A DNA stretch of 58,374 nucleotides from Lysobacteraceae bacterium (GCA_051952955.1 JBQCJG010000306.1:1-58374); one strand, 5' to 3'; shown: positions 1 through 12,426, counted from the stretch's first letter. Notes: generated by a model from the letters alone, not told the origin. Numbers and translations are program-made.

Positions 1-1080
1 GATGCGGTGGTGGCGCTGCCCTCGGGCCGGCGCTCGCGCGTCGCGCGCGTGGTCGCCGGCGACGGCCGGGACCTGCCGCACGCGGTGCGCGGGCAGGCGA
101 TCACGCTCACGCTGGAGGACGAGATCGACATCAGCCGCGGCGACGTCATCGCCGCCGCCGATGCGCCGCCGGAGGTCGCCGACCAGTTCGCCGCGCACGT
201 GCTGTGGATGGGCGAGCACACGCTGCTGCCGGGCCGGCCCTACTGGCTGAAGCTGGGCACGCGCACGGTGGTCGCCACGGTCACCGAGATCAAGCACCGC
301 GTCGACGTGAACACGCAGGAGCACCTCGCCGCGAAGCACCTCGAACTCAACGAGGTCGGCGCGTGCAACCTGCACCTGGACCAGCCGATCGCGTTCGAGC
401 CCTATGCCGAGAACCGCGAACTCGGCGGCTTCATCCTGATCGATCGCCAGACCCACGCCACCGTCGCCGCCGGCACGCTCGACTTCGCCCTGCGCCGCGC
501 CGGCAACATCCACTGGCAGCATCTGGAGGTCGACAAGGCCGCGCGTGCCCGCAGCCTCGGCCAGGACCCGCGCTGCCTGTGGTTCACCGGCCTCTCGGGC
601 TCGGGCAAGTCGACGATCGCCAACCTGGTCGAGAAGCGCCTGACCGCGCTCGGCCTGCACACCTACGTGCTCGACGGCGACAACGTCCGCCACGGCCTCA
701 ACAAGGACCTCGGCTTCAGCGACGAGGACCGCGTCGAGAACATCCGCCGCGTCGCCGAAGTCGCGAAGCTGATGGTCGACGCGGGCCTGATCGTGCTGGT
801 CAGCTTCATCTCGCCGTTCCGCGCCGAGCGGCGCATGGCGCGCGACCTGTTCGACGCCGGCGAATTCGTCGAGGTGTTCGTCGACACGCCGCTGGAGGAA
901 GCCGAACGCCGCGACGTGAAGGGCCTCTACGCCAAGGCCCGCGCCGGCAAGATCCCGAACTTCACCGGCATCTCCTCGCCGTACGAAGTGCCGGAAGCGG
1001 CCGAGCTGCACCTGCGCACCACCGGCGAGGCGCCGGAAGCGCTGGCCGAACAGGTGGTGGCGCGACTGCTGGAGGGCTGA
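1..1080 (+). CDS. cysNC: Bifunctional sulfate adenylyltransferase subunit 1 / adenylylsulfate kinase, C-terminal part (5' end outside window)
   Basis: CysN domain II/III sequence ([16 protein letters not shown]) fused to APS kinase ([29 protein letters not shown]); frame open from base 1. Confidence 0.95.
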   Translation, partial: DAVVALPSGRRSRVARVVAGDGRDLPHAVRGQAITLTLEDEIDISRGDVIAAADAPPEVADQFAAHVLWMGEHTLLPGRPYWLKLGTRTVVATVTEIKHRVDVNTQEHLAAKHLELNEVGACNLHLDQPIAFEPYAENRELGGFILIDRQTHATVAAGTLDFALRRAGNIHWQHLEVDKAARARSLGQDPRCLWFTGLSGSGKSTIANLVEKRLTALGLHTYVLDGDNVRHGLNKDLGFSDEDRVENIRRVAEVAKLMVDAGLIVLVSFISPFRAERRMARDLFDAGEFVEVFVDTPLEEAERRDVKGLYAKARAGKIPNFTGISSPYEVPEAAELHLRTTGEAPEALAEQVVARLLEG

Positions 1081-1096
1081 CCTCCGCTCGCCGGCC

Positions 1097-1132
1097 AACG
1101 AAGACGCCCGGCCGAAGCCGGGCGTCTTCGTT
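1097..1132. terminator. Probable bidirectional intrinsic terminator
   Basis: Perfect 16-bp stem AACGAAGACGCCCGGC-CGAA-GCCGGGCGTCTTCGTT between convergent genes. Confidence 0.75.
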
Positions 1133-1154
1133 CATGCGATCGCGTTCCCGCGCG

Positions 1155-1391
1155 TCACTTCTTCTTCCGCATCGCCTCGTAGACGAACAGCAGCACGATC
1201 GCGGCGAGGATCGCCACGACCCACGTCAGCCAGCCGTGGCCGGGATAGAGGTAACCGCCGGCCACCGCGCCGCCGATGCCGAGCAGGATCGTCAGGATCC
1301 AGCCCATCGGGTCCGCACCGGGCTTGAACAGGCGGGCGAGCAGGCCGATGACCGCGCCGCCGAGGATGCAGCCGAGGATGCTCTGGAACAT
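1155..1391 (-). CDS. GlsB/YeaQ/YmgE family (transglycosylase-associated) small membrane protein
   Basis: 78 aa, three hydrophobic segments, GLLARLFKPG..MGWILTILLGIGGA pattern; GGAGG upstream of ATG. Confidence 0.85.
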   Translation of the reverse strand: MFQSILGCILGGAVIGLLARLFKPGADPMGWILTILLGIGGAVAGGYLYPGHGWLTWVVAILAAIVLLFVYEAMRKKK

Positions 1392-1481
1392 GCGAGTCCT
1401 CCGTAGCCGGCGCCGGACTGGCGCAGGCACAGGCTACGCCCGCCGTCGCAGCGCAGCATGGGCGCGGCCCCCCGGACACGA

Positions 1482-1508
1482 CGACGCCCCGGACGGGCCG
1501 GGGCGTCG
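1482..1508 (-). terminator. GC-rich hairpin downstream of M20 peptidase
   Basis: CGACGCCCCGG-N5-CCGGGGCGTCG about 25 bp after the stop; weak U-tract. Confidence 0.5.
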
Positions 1509-1531
1509 CGTCTGCAGCCGGTCGGGGCGGA

Positions 1532-3040
<1,509 letters not shown>

Positions 3041-3298
3041 GGAAGGGGTCCGGTTCGGAAACAGGCCCGCATTGTACGCCCCGCCCGACGCGGGGTCGGA
3101 ATTTCCCGACCCCCGCATGCGCCATCGCCCGATGCGTTCACGGGCGATCCGGCGATGTGGCCGACCCCCGCGGATCCGGAAACTGTCCCTGTCGACGCAG
3201 CGCAGCCCCACGGCCCGCACCGTCAACGACGCAGGACCCGCGGCAGCGCCGCACCGACCTTCATATCCGACATCCATTCCATTCCGAGGAGATCCGCC

Positions 3299-3640
3299 AT
3301 GTTCGCCACCAAGACCCTGAACGCCATCATCGCCGCCGCCACCCTGTCGATCGCCCTCGTGGGCAGCGCCTTCGCCGCGGAGCGCGTCAACATCAACACC
3401 GCCGACGCCGCCACGCTCGATCGCGTGCTGGTCAACGTCGGCCCGGCCAAGGCCGAGGCGATCGTCGCCTACCGCAAGGCGCACGGCCCGTTCCGCAGCC
3501 CCGAGCAGCTCGCCCAGGTGCAGGGCATCGGCCTGAAGACGGTCGAGAAGAACCGCGAGATGATCCTCGTCGGCGGCGGTGCGCCCGCCGCGGCGCCGGC
3601 CGCCGCCAAGCCGGCGATGGCCGCGCCGCGGGCCCGCTGA
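3299..3640 (+). CDS. comEA: ComEA-family helix-hairpin-helix DNA-binding protein with signal peptide
   Basis: VNINTADAATL..VGPAKAEAIVAYRKAHGPFRSPEQLAQVQGIG; GAGGAG RBS; real gene is the C-terminal end of track ORF 1544..3640. Confidence 0.9.
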   Translation: MFATKTLNAIIAAATLSIALVGSAFAAERVNINTADAATLDRVLVNVGPAKAEAIVAYRKAHGPFRSPEQLAQVQGIGLKTVEKNREMILVGGGAPAAAPAAAKPAMAAPRAR

Positions 3641-3784
3641 TCCGGCCTCCTCTCGTCACCCGTGCAGGCATGCAGGCCGCGCTTCCCGCGCGGCCTGCGT
3701 GCGTTCGCGCGTCGCGTGCCCGTCCTCCGTGAGGCGGGCATTCGATGCCCTCCGCTACACTGCGGCGTCGCCACGGAGCCCCGC

Positions 3785-4384
3785 ATGTCGTCCTTCCTTC
3801 GCCCGCTCACCGCCCACGAATATCGCCGCGAGCGCTGGCGCAACGGCCACGGCTGGACCCGCGAAGTGCTGCGCATGCCCGAAGGCGCGGACGACTGGGA
3901 CTGGCGGCTGTCGATCGCGGAGATCGAGCGGGACGGTCCGTTCTCGGCGTTCCCGGGCATCGACCGGGAACTGGTGCTGCTGCACGGCAACGGCGTGCGG
4001 CTGCGCTTCGACGACGGCGAGCTGCGCGAGGTGCTGCCGCCGCACGGCCGCGTGCGTTTCGCCGGCGAGCGCGCGCTCACGGGCGAGCTGATCGACGGTC
4101 CCACGCACGACCTCAACCTGATGTGGCGGCGCGATCGCATCGACGCCGAGCTGTGGCATCGCCCGCTGGTGGGTTCGATGGTGCTGTTCGTCGAGCCCGG
4201 CGAGCAGTGGCTGGTGTACCTGCTGTCCGGGCGTGCGCAGTGCATGCACGGCGACGACGCGGTCGCCATCGCGATGGGCGATAGCCTGCTGCTATCGGCC
4301 GATGCGGCGCGCAAGCGGTTCGCGATCGATGGCGGCGGCGAAGCGCTCATCGCGCGATTGCGCGGTCGCGCGCCGGAAACGTGA
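3785..4384 (+). CDS. HutD/Ves family protein
   Basis: WRNGHGWTREV, WRLSIAEI, GPFSAFPGIDR, DLNLM motifs. Confidence 0.85.
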   Translation: MSSFLRPLTAHEYRRERWRNGHGWTREVLRMPEGADDWDWRLSIAEIERDGPFSAFPGIDRELVLLHGNGVRLRFDDGELREVLPPHGRVRFAGERALTGELIDGPTHDLNLMWRRDRIDAELWHRPLVGSMVLFVEPGEQWLVYLLSGRAQCMHGDDAVAIAMGDSLLLSADAARKRFAIDGGGEALIARLRGRAPET

Positions 4385-4539
4385 TCGCGGGCGGTTCGCA
4401 TCCGCGATCCCCGGCGAAGAACGCGGCATTCAACCAAGGTCCCGGTCCTGCATGACGCGCGATGTTGAGCACGATCAAGAACGCGGCATCGCCGTCTCCT
4501 TACCCTGCGCGCTCTTCATTTCGCGCAGGGGCGATCCAC

Positions 4540-5343
4540 ATGGGATTCGTGCTTTTCGATTCGGACGGACATCGGTGCGTCGCCTACAACGATCTGGTCC
4601 GCGGCGACGACGGCGTCCAGGCCAACCAGTTCCTGGTCAGGCACGGCGAACGCTCGGCGCTGATCGACCCCGGCGGCGCGCTGCTCTACAACCCGCTGGT
4701 GCTGGCGCTGGGCCGCGACGTCCGCCCGCACCAGATCGACCTGGTGCTGTGCTCGCACCAGGACCCGGACATCATCGGCTCGGTCGACAAGTGGCTGCTC
4801 TACACCCAGGCCACGGTCGTGTGCTCCAGGCTCTGGGGCCGCTTCGTGCCGCACCTCGTGCCGCACTACATGGAGAACGCGGGCCGCGAGCGCTACCTGC
4901 TGGTCGACGACGAGGGCGCGCGCATCCCGCTGGGCGAGGGCGCCGAGCTGATCGCGCTGCCCGCGCATTTCCTGCACTCGGTCGGCAACCTGTCGTTCTT
5001 CGACCCGGTGAGCCGCATCCTGTTCTCGGGCGACGTCTGCTCGGGGCTGGTCGCCAGCGGCACGCCGTACGGATTCGTCGAGGACTTCGACCGCTACCGG
5101 CCGTGCATGGAGGCGTTCCACCGCCGCTACATGGCCAGCAACCGCGTGCTGAAGCTGTGGGTGGACATGGTGCGCGAACTCGATCCGGAGATGATCGTCC
5201 CGCAGCACGGCATGCCGTTCCGCGCCGCCGCGCAGCGGTCGCTGCTGGACTGGCTGTCGGGCCTGCAGTGCGGCGTGGACCTGGTCGGGCCGATGAACTT
5301 CCGGCCCGACGTCACCCGCTTCGCCACGCCGGCGCAGTATTGA
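4540..5343 (+). CDS. Metallo-beta-lactamase-fold protein, oxygen-binding di-iron (ODP/FprA N-domain-like)
   Basis: LIDPGG, SHQDPD, AHFLHS, ILFSGD, PQHG; no flavodoxin domain. Confidence 0.8.
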   Translation: MGFVLFDSDGHRCVAYNDLVRGDDGVQANQFLVRHGERSALIDPGGALLYNPLVLALGRDVRPHQIDLVLCSHQDPDIIGSVDKWLLYTQATVVCSRLWGRFVPHLVPHYMENAGRERYLLVDDEGARIPLGEGAELIALPAHFLHSVGNLSFFDPVSRILFSGDVCSGLVASGTPYGFVEDFDRYRPCMEAFHRRYMASNRVLKLWVDMVRELDPEMIVPQHGMPFRAAAQRSLLDWLSGLQCGVDLVGPMNFRPDVTRFATPAQY

Positions 5344-5364
5344 CCGCGCCGGCGTCGGCGGCGA

Positions 5365-6048
5365 TCAGAACAGGTTCGGCACCAGCACCAGCAGCGTCGC
5401 CACCGTCGACGCGCCGAACACGCTCAGCACCATCTGCTTCGGCGTGCGGTTGCGCGCCCACAGCAGCAGGCCGGAGATGCCCAGCAAAATCATGCCGATC
5501 GCGAAGCTGTCGCCGAGCAGGCGCCAGCCTGGGCCGCCGCCCACCGCCTTGTGCAGGCGCGAGAACGCGGCGAGCGTGCTGTGCTGCGTGCGCTTGAGTT
5601 CCGCCGTCTCCGCGCCGGGCACGTACTCCACCGACCAGCTCTCGCTCGCGGTGCCGCCGCCCAGCGACCAGCCCGCCGGGCCGCGACGCTCGCCGCCGCG
5701 CGCGCCGGCGCCTTCTGCCTTGCGCTCGCCGCGGCCTTCCGGCTTCGGCTTGCGGATGGTCTGCGCATCCAGACCCTGGCTGTCGCGCAGCCACAGCGAC
5801 AGTTCCTCGGCGCTGGTCCGCGCCTCCGCGGGCACCGCGAGCGTGGTGCGCCCGATCTCGCGGCTGTCGCCCTGCGGCCAGGCGTTGTCGCCGAAGCGAT
5901 GGCTCATGATCAGGCCGGTGGTGCCATAGAGCACCGCGGCCAGCGCGCCCCAGGCGCCGATCCACAGGTGGAGCTGGCGGATCCAGCGATGCATCGAGGC
6001 GCGGGGACGAGCGGCGGGGCGGTTCGGAGCGGTCGCGGGAACGGACAT
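5365..6048 (-). CDS. PepSY-associated TM helix protein (iron-regulated membrane protein)
   Basis: IRQLHLWIG, TGL, RLHK, GISGLLLW; directly downstream of piuC-like gene; start may be 5994. Confidence 0.8.
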   Translation of the reverse strand: MSVPATAPNRPAARPRASMHRWIRQLHLWIGAWGALAAVLYGTTGLIMSHRFGDNAWPQGDSREIGRTTLAVPAEARTSAEELSLWLRDSQGLDAQTIRKPKPEGRGERKAEGAGARGGERRGPAGWSLGGGTASESWSVEYVPGAETAELKRTQHSTLAAFSRLHKAVGGGPGWRLLGDSFAIGMILLGISGLLLWARNRTPKQMVLSVFGASTVATLLVLVPNLF

Positions 6049-6112
6049 GGGATGCGGTCGTGAAAGGGCGTGAGGCGCGGGGAACGGACAGGCGGGCGAG
6101 CCGGTTGACGAC

Positions 6113-6799
6113 TCAGGTCTCGGCCCACTGCCGCAGGAGGTTGTGGTACACGCCGGTCAACCGCACCAGCGCATCGTGATCGTGCAGTTCGGCCGTGAGC
6201 TGCCGGATCGACACGTCGAGTTCGAACAGCATGCGGCGCCGCGTGTCGTCACGGACCATGCTCTGCATCCAGAAGAACGAGGCGACGCGCGCACCGCGGG
6301 TCACCGGCAGCACGCGATGCAGGCTGGTGCCCGGATACAGCACCATGTGGCCCGCGGGCAGCTTGATGCGCTGCGTGCCGTAGGTGTCCTCGATCTCCAG
6401 TTCGCCGCCGTCGTATTCGTCGGGATCGGCGAGGAACAGCGTCGCCGACAGATCGGTGCGCACGGGATCGACGCCGCCGCGGCTGCGGTCGTAGCGCACC
6501 GCGTTGTCGACGTGCCAGCCGAAGGTCTGGCCGTCGGCGTAGCGGTTGAACAGCGGCGGATAGATCCGCTTCGGCAGCGCGGCGGCGAAGAACGTGCTGT
6601 TGCGCGACAGCGCCGCCAGCACCCGTTCGCCCAGCGCCTGCGCCGTCGCCGAGGTTTCCGGCAGCTGCGCATTGTCCTTGGCGATCGCCGACTGGTGGCC
6701 GGCGGTGATGCGTCCGTCCGCCCAGTCGGCGGCGTCGAGCGCGGCGCGGAACTCGGCGACCTGCGCGGCGTCGAGCACGTCGGGAATGGCGAGCAGCAT
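6113..6799 (-). CDS. piuC: PKHD-type Fe(II)/2-oxoglutarate hydroxylase (PiuC/YbiX)
   Basis: [41 protein letters not shown]. Confidence 0.92.
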   Translation of the reverse strand: MLLAIPDVLDAAQVAEFRAALDAADWADGRITAGHQSAIAKDNAQLPETSATAQALGERVLAALSRNSTFFAAALPKRIYPPLFNRYADGQTFGWHVDNAVRYDRSRGGVDPVRTDLSATLFLADPDEYDGGELEIEDTYGTQRIKLPAGHMVLYPGTSLHRVLPVTRGARVASFFWMQSMVRDDTRRRMLFELDVSIRQLTAELHDHDALVRLTGVYHNLLRQWAET

Positions 6800-6819
6800 G
6801 GCGTGGTCCCTGCGTCCGG

Positions 6820-9204
6820 TCAGAAGCGCCAGGTGGCCGTCAGCGTGGCCGAGCGGCCGTCGCCGGGCGTGGCCCAGCCGTTGCCCCCGGTCACCGTCGC
6901 GCCGGTGAAGGTGATGTTGTTGCGGATGCGGGTGTAGTACTCGGCGTCGGTCAGATTGTTGACGTTGAGCTGCAGGTCGAGGCGATCGTTGACGGCGTAG
7001 TTCACCATCGCGCGCTGCACCCAGTACGCGTCGGTCCAGTACAACTGCCGGCCGTCCAGCGTGTTGTTCTGCACCACGAAACGGCCCTGGTAGGTCGCGC
7101 CGTAGCCGAACGTCCAGTCGCCGGTCTGGTAGGTGGTCCAGAGGCTGCCCGAATGCTTCGGCGTGTTCGCCAGCGGATTGCCGGCGAACGGATCGCGGTC
7201 GGTCGCGCTGTTTCCGCAGGCCGCGCTCGGATTCTCCAGGCAATGCGACGACACGCCGCGAATCACGGCGCTGTCGAGGTAGGTGTAGTTCGCGAACACC
7301 TGCCAGCCCGGCAGCAGCGTGCCGGCGATGCCCAATACCGCACCGTCGACGCGGGCGCGGCCGTCGAGCTGCTGCTCGCCCGCGGGATTGTCCGGATTGC
7401 CGGGGTCGGCGACGCGGTAGTTGCGGCGCTCGTTGCGGAACACGGCGGCGGTGAGCGCGAGGTTGCGGTTCGGCAGCTCCCACTTCGTGCCGAGCTCGAT
7501 GTTCACCGCGGTCTCGGCGCCGACGTCGCAGTTCGCGGTGCCCGTGGTGCTGGTCAGCGTGCAGCTGCCGTTGACCGACGCGCGCGACGGCGTCTTGCTG
7601 TTCGCCCACGCGAGGTACACGGTGCCCGCCTCGACCGGCTTGAACACCAGCCCCGCGCGGTACGACAGCAGGTTCTCGTCGTTGCGCGCCAGCGGATTCA
7701 CGCCCAGCAGCTGGCCGCGCGTGGCGTTCGCGGTGGAGACGATCCACGTCTTGGTCGCACCGCGGTTGCGGTCGTAGCGCGCGCCGAGGTTGAGCATCCA
7801 GCGGTCGCCGAACTTGAGCGTGTCGAACAGGTATACAGCGGTGGTGTCGAGGTCGCCTTCGGTCCTGCCGCTGCGGAAGTAGTGGAGCGGGCCGCGCCAC
7901 ACGTTGTCCGGATTGCGGAAGGTCTGCAGCGGATAGCCGGCGTCGGTGTTCGGCAGCGCGCTGCCATCGGCGTTGAAGAACACGCCGCCGGTGTCCAGGT
8001 CGAAGGATTCCGTGGAGAAGGCCACGCCGCCGACCAGTGCATGCCGCACTGCGCCGGTCGAGAAGCGCGCGGTCACGTCGGTCTGGCTGATCGCCAGCGT
8101 GTTGCGGGTGTCGCGCACGTAGCCGCGCGGTCCCGCGACCGGCGACCAGGTGCCGGCCGGCTGCCCGCCCGCGCAGGCCTGGCCGGTGTAGGGATTGGTG
8201 CCGTCGAAGAGGCACCAGTTGCCCTGCAGCGCGGTCACGTTCGACACCTGGTCGACCCGCTGGAAGCGCGCAAGGCTGCGCAGCGTCACCGCGTCGCCGA
8301 AATCGTGCTCGAACACGCCGGTCAGCATGTCGACGTCGCTGGTCTGGCGCGACACGTTGCGATAGCCGAAGTAGGTGCTCGGGTCGATGCCGGGCAGCGG
8401 GCCGTCGTGGTAGCCGTTCAGCGCGAACGGCACGCCGTACTGCGGCAGGTTGTCGTCGTGCTGGTGCAGGTAGCTCAGGGTGATGCGCGTGTCCGTGCCC
8501 AGCCCGAACGCGACCGATGGCGCGACGCCCCAGCGGCGGAAGCGCTCGACGTCGCGGCCCGGCACGTCGTTGCGGTGGTTCATGACGTTCAGGCGCACCG
8601 CGGTGCCGTTGCCGAAGTCGTGGTTCACGTCGGCGGTGGCGCGCGCGTAGCCGTCGGTGCCGACACCGAATCCGTAGGCCTGCGCGTCGCCCTCGTGCGC
8701 GCGCTTGCTCACCAGGTTGATGTTGCCGCCGACCGAGCCGGCGCCGGACATCGTCGAGTTCGCGCCGTTCACCAGCTCGATCGATTCGAGGTTGAAGGTG
8801 TCGCTGCGGGTGTACTGCGCGCTGTCGCGGACGCCGTCGGTGGTGATGTCGCTGCTGGCGGTGTAGCCGCGCAGGGTGATGCTGTCGCCGTAGCCGCCGC
8901 CGCCCTCGCCGGCGCCGAAGGTGATGCCGGGCAGGGTGCCCAGCACGTCGCGCAGGCCGAGCAGGTTCTGCTGTTCGATCACCGCGCGGTCGACCACGGT
9001 GATGGTCTGCGGCGTGTCGTTCAGCGATTCGGTGTACTTCGGCGATTCGGCCTTGCGGACCGTGGCGCCGACCACTTCGACGGTGTCGATCTCGGCGACG
9101 CCGCCGGCGGCGTCCGCGACGGGTTCGGCGAGGGCGGGGCCCGCCGCGAGGGTCAGGGCGATGGCGAGGGGGGAGAGGCGGGCAGGGGAGGCGCGATCGT
9201 TCAT
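6820..9204 (-). CDS. TonB-dependent siderophore receptor (Fiu/PiuA-like)
   Basis: Signal peptide, DTVEVVG TonB box-like, [27 protein letters not shown]-terminal WRF. Confidence 0.93.
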   Translation of the reverse strand: MNDRASPARLSPLAIALTLAAGPALAEPVADAAGGVAEIDTVEVVGATVRKAESPKYTESLNDTPQTITVVDRAVIEQQNLLGLRDVLGTLPGITFGAGEGGGGYGDSITLRGYTASSDITTDGVRDSAQYTRSDTFNLESIELVNGANSTMSGAGSVGGNINLVSKRAHEGDAQAYGFGVGTDGYARATADVNHDFGNGTAVRLNVMNHRNDVPGRDVERFRRWGVAPSVAFGLGTDTRITLSYLHQHDDNLPQYGVPFALNGYHDGPLPGIDPSTYFGYRNVSRQTSDVDMLTGVFEHDFGDAVTLRSLARFQRVDQVSNVTALQGNWCLFDGTNPYTGQACAGGQPAGTWSPVAGPRGYVRDTRNTLAISQTDVTARFSTGAVRHALVGGVAFSTESFDLDTGGVFFNADGSALPNTDAGYPLQTFRNPDNVWRGPLHYFRSGRTEGDLDTTAVYLFDTLKFGDRWMLNLGARYDRNRGATKTWIVSTANATRGQLLGVNPLARNDENLLSYRAGLVFKPVEAGTVYLAWANSKTPSRASVNGSCTLTSTTGTANCDVGAETAVNIELGTKWELPNRNLALTAAVFRNERRNYRVADPGNPDNPAGEQQLDGRARVDGAVLGIAGTLLPGWQVFANYTYLDSAVIRGVSSHCLENPSAACGNSATDRDPFAGNPLANTPKHSGSLWTTYQTGDWTFGYGATYQGRFVVQNNTLDGRQLYWTDAYWVQRAMVNYAVNDRLDLQLNVNNLTDAEYYTRIRNNITFTGATVTGGNGWATPGDGRSATLTATWRF

Positions 9205-9265
9205 GGGAAGGAATCGGTCGGTGCGACCCGCACGGCTTGCGGGCGCTTCAGGAGAGTGAACGCAT

Positions 9266-9284
9266 AGTAATGAGAATCATTATC
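9266..9284. promoter_or_regulatory. Fur box
   Basis: AGTAATGAGAATCATTATC matches 16/19 of GATAATGATAATCATTATC, about 60 bp upstream of the TonB receptor start. Confidence 0.85.
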
Positions 9285-9423
9285 AAATGAAAGATGCCTG
9301 GGGCCTTCCGATCGCTTGGACGCGATCCGCCGTCGCCTCTACGATGCCGGGCCCCCTCCGGAATCCCGCCTTGTCCTCCCTTTCCCCTGCGACGCGTCCC
9401 GCTCCGGCCGCGAAGGCCGCGTC

Positions 9424-10107
9424 ATGAGCCTGCTGCTGGTCCGCCACGGCCAGGCGAGCTTCGGCACCGACGACTACGACCGCCTGTCCGATCGCGGCCG
9501 GGACCAGTGCAGCCGGCTCGGCGAGTGGCTCGTCCGCGGCGGCCACCGCTTCCGCACCGTCGTGGTCGGCGGCATGCGCCGGCACCACCAGACCGCCGAG
9601 GCCATCGCCGACGCTTTCCGCGCGCACGGTACGCCGCTGCCCGAGCCCGTCGTCGACGAAGGCTTCGCCGAGTTCGACCACCACGCCGTGTTCCAGGCGT
9701 ACCTCGATCGCGATCCGCACGATCCGGTCGCCGTCGCCAGCCGCAGCGGCGACCCGCGCGACGTCGGCGCGATGCTGCGCGCGGCGCTGCTGGCGTGGGC
9801 GCGCGACGAACTGCCCGGCGTGCCCGAGTCGTGGGACGTTTTCGGCCGCCGCGTGCAGGCCGCCGGCGAACGCCTCGAAGCGCTGGCCGGCGACGACGAA
9901 GCGCTGGTGCTCACGTCCGGCGGCGTGATCTCGCGGCTGGCGCAGCAGGCGCTGGACGTGCCGATCGAGCGCGCGGTCGAACTCAATCTGTCGCTGCGCA
10001 ACAGCGCGCTGTCCGAATTCCACCCGCACGGCGGCCGCCTGCGCATGGGTTCGTGGAACGCGCTGCCGCACCTGCACGGCGAACGTGCGCTGTGGACGTA
10101 CTATTGA
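9424..10107 (+). CDS. Histidine phosphatase family protein
   Basis: LVRHGQAS at the N-terminus, TSGG motif. Confidence 0.88.
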   Translation: MSLLLVRHGQASFGTDDYDRLSDRGRDQCSRLGEWLVRGGHRFRTVVVGGMRRHHQTAEAIADAFRAHGTPLPEPVVDEGFAEFDHHAVFQAYLDRDPHDPVAVASRSGDPRDVGAMLRAALLAWARDELPGVPESWDVFGRRVQAAGERLEALAGDDEALVLTSGGVISRLAQQALDVPIERAVELNLSLRNSALSEFHPHGGRLRMGSWNALPHLHGERALWTYY

Positions 10108-10130
10108 AGGCCCGTGCCGCGCTGCCGACG

Positions 10131-11369
10131 ATGACGCCCGACGCCCCCGCCACGCTGTTTCCGTTTTCCGATCGTTCGCGCCGCCTGCAGGCCGAGGTCC
10201 GCCGCTTCCTCGACGACAGGATCCTGCCGGCCGAAGCCATGCTGCAGGCGCATGCCGCCGATCCCGCGACGCGCTGGACGATCCCGCCGCTGATCGAGGC
10301 GCTGAAGGACGACGCGAAGGCGCAGGGACTGTGGAACCTGTTCCTGCCGCCGCACGCCGCGCATGGCGACGCCGCGCACGGCGCCGGCCTCTCGAATCTC
10401 GACTACGCGCCGATCGCCGAGACCACGGGCCGCAGCCTGTTCGCGCCGGAAATCTTCAACTGCAGCGCGCCGGACACCGGCAACATGGAAGTGCTGCTGC
10501 AGTTCGCCACGCCCGGACAGCAGGCGCCGTGGCTGCCGGGCCTGCTCGACGGCCGCATCCGCTCCGCGTTCGCGATGACCGAACCGGCGGTCGCCAGCTC
10601 CGACGCCACGAACATCGCGCTGCCGATCGTGCGCGACGGCGACGACCTCGTCCTCGACGGCCGCAAGTGGTGGACCACCGGCGCCGGCGATCCGCGCTGC
10701 AAGCTGCTCATCGTGATGGGCGTGACCGATCCCGACGCGCCGGCGCATCGCCGCCAGTCGATGGTGCTGGTGCCGATGGACACGCCCGGCGTGCGCGTGC
10801 TGCGGCCGCTGACCGTGTTCGGCTACGACGACGCGCCGCACGGCCACGTCGAGATCGAATTCGCGAACGTGCGCGTGCCGGTCGCCAATCTGCTGGGCGC
10901 GTCCGGCAGCGGTTTCGAGATCGCGCAGGCGCGACTCGGGCCTGGGCGCATCCACCACTGCATGCGCCTGATCGGTCTCGCCCAGCGCGCGCTGGAGGCG
11001 ATGGTCGCACGCGCCCGCAGCCGCGAGGCCTTCGGCAGGCCGCTCGGCGGCCACGGCATGGCGCAGGAAGCGATCGCGCTGTCGCGCTGCGAGATCGAAC
11101 AGGCGCGGCTGCTCACGTTGCAGGCCGCGGCCGCGCTCGATGCGCACGGCAACAAGGGCGCAAAGGACCTGATCGGCATGATCAAGATCGTCGCGCCGCG
11201 CATGGCCTGCGCGGTACTCGATCGCGCGATGCAACTGCATGGCGCCGGCGGCCTGTCGCAGGACCACTTCCTCGCCCAGGCGTATGCCGGCGCGCGCTCG
11301 CTGCGCCTGGCCGACGGCCCGGACGAAGTCCACCTCGCCGCGCTCGCGCGCTCGATGCTCAAGGAATGA
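10131..11369 (+). CDS. Acyl-CoA dehydrogenase (ACAD10/11-like)
   Basis: FNCSAPDTGNME, AMTEPAVASSDATN, AQARLGPGRIHHCMR, LRLADGPDEVH. Confidence 0.93.
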   Translation: MTPDAPATLFPFSDRSRRLQAEVRRFLDDRILPAEAMLQAHAADPATRWTIPPLIEALKDDAKAQGLWNLFLPPHAAHGDAAHGAGLSNLDYAPIAETTGRSLFAPEIFNCSAPDTGNMEVLLQFATPGQQAPWLPGLLDGRIRSAFAMTEPAVASSDATNIALPIVRDGDDLVLDGRKWWTTGAGDPRCKLLIVMGVTDPDAPAHRRQSMVLVPMDTPGVRVLRPLTVFGYDDAPHGHVEIEFANVRVPVANLLGASGSGFEIAQARLGPGRIHHCMRLIGLAQRALEAMVARARSREAFGRPLGGHGMAQEAIALSRCEIEQARLLTLQAAAALDAHGNKGAKDLIGMIKIVAPRMACAVLDRAMQLHGAGGLSQDHFLAQAYAGARSLRLADGPDEVHLAALARSMLKE

Positions 11370-11373
11370 GGCC

Positions 11374-12402
11374 ATGACCCATCCGCTGGACCTGCCGGCC
11401 GACGCGCTGGCGACGTACCTCGAAGCGCACGTCGACGGCTTCCGCGGCCCGCTGGTCGCGACCAAGTTCAAGGGCGGGCAGTCGAACCCGACCTACCGCA
11501 TCGACGCGGCCAGCGGCACGTACGTGCTGCGGCGCAAGCCGCCGGGCGCGCTGCTGCCGTCGGCGCACGCGGTCGACCGCGAATTCCGCGTGCTGCAGGC
11601 GCTGCACGGCGGCGCGGTGCCGGTCGCGATGCCGCTGCACCTGTGCGAGGACACGGCGGTCATCGGCTCGATGTTCTACCTGATGGCGCACGTCGACGGC
11701 CGCATCTTCTGGGATCCGTCGCTGCCGGACTTCGAGCCCGCCGCGCGCAGCGCGCACTACGACGCGATCGTCGACACGCTGGCCGCACTGCACGCGATCG
11801 ATCCCGCGGCGGTCGGCCTCGTCGACTTCGGCAGGCCGGGCAACTACTTCGAGCGCCAGCTGCGACGCTGGAGCGAACAGTACCGCGCCAGCGAGACGCG
11901 CCCGATCGCGGCGATGGACGCGCTGATCACCGCGTTGCCGCCGCGCTGTCCCGCCGACGACGGCAGCGTCGCGCTGGTCCACGGCGATTTCCGCATCGAC
12001 AACCTGATCTTCGCGCCCGATGCAGCGGGTGCGCCGCGCGTCGCCGCGATTGTCGACTGGGAGCTGTCGACGCTGGGCCATCCGCTCGCCGACCTCGGCT
12101 ATTTCTGCATGGCGCTGCGGCTGCCGCGCAACCCGGCGCTACCGGGACTGGCCGGTCTCGACCGTGCGGCGCTCGGCATTCCCGACGAAGCGGCGCTGCT
12201 CGCGCGCTACGCGGCGCGCAGCGGTCGCGCGATCCCCGCCGACTGGCCGTTCGTGCTGGCCTTCAGCTTCTTCCGCCTCGCCGCGATCGCGCAGGGCGTG
12301 GCCAAGCGCGCCGAGCAGGGCAACGCGTCGAGCGAGCAGGCGGTGCAGGCGGGGCGCATGGTCGAGATGCTGGCGGGGATGGGGCTCGACGCGCTGGGAT
12401 GA
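11374..12402 (+). CDS. APH-fold phosphotransferase (ACAD10/11 N-domain-like)
   Basis: GGQSNPTY, VLRRKP, SAHAVDRE, HGDFRIDN, DWELSTLG. Confidence 0.92.
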   Translation: MTHPLDLPADALATYLEAHVDGFRGPLVATKFKGGQSNPTYRIDAASGTYVLRRKPPGALLPSAHAVDREFRVLQALHGGAVPVAMPLHLCEDTAVIGSMFYLMAHVDGRIFWDPSLPDFEPAARSAHYDAIVDTLAALHAIDPAAVGLVDFGRPGNYFERQLRRWSEQYRASETRPIAAMDALITALPPRCPADDGSVALVHGDFRIDNLIFAPDAAGAPRVAAIVDWELSTLGHPLADLGYFCMALRLPRNPALPGLAGLDRAALGIPDEAALLARYAARSGRAIPADWPFVLAFSFFRLAAIAQGVAKRAEQGNASSEQAVQAGRMVEMLAGMGLDALG

Positions 12403-12426
12403 TCGTGGCCGGCGTGCGCCGCACTG

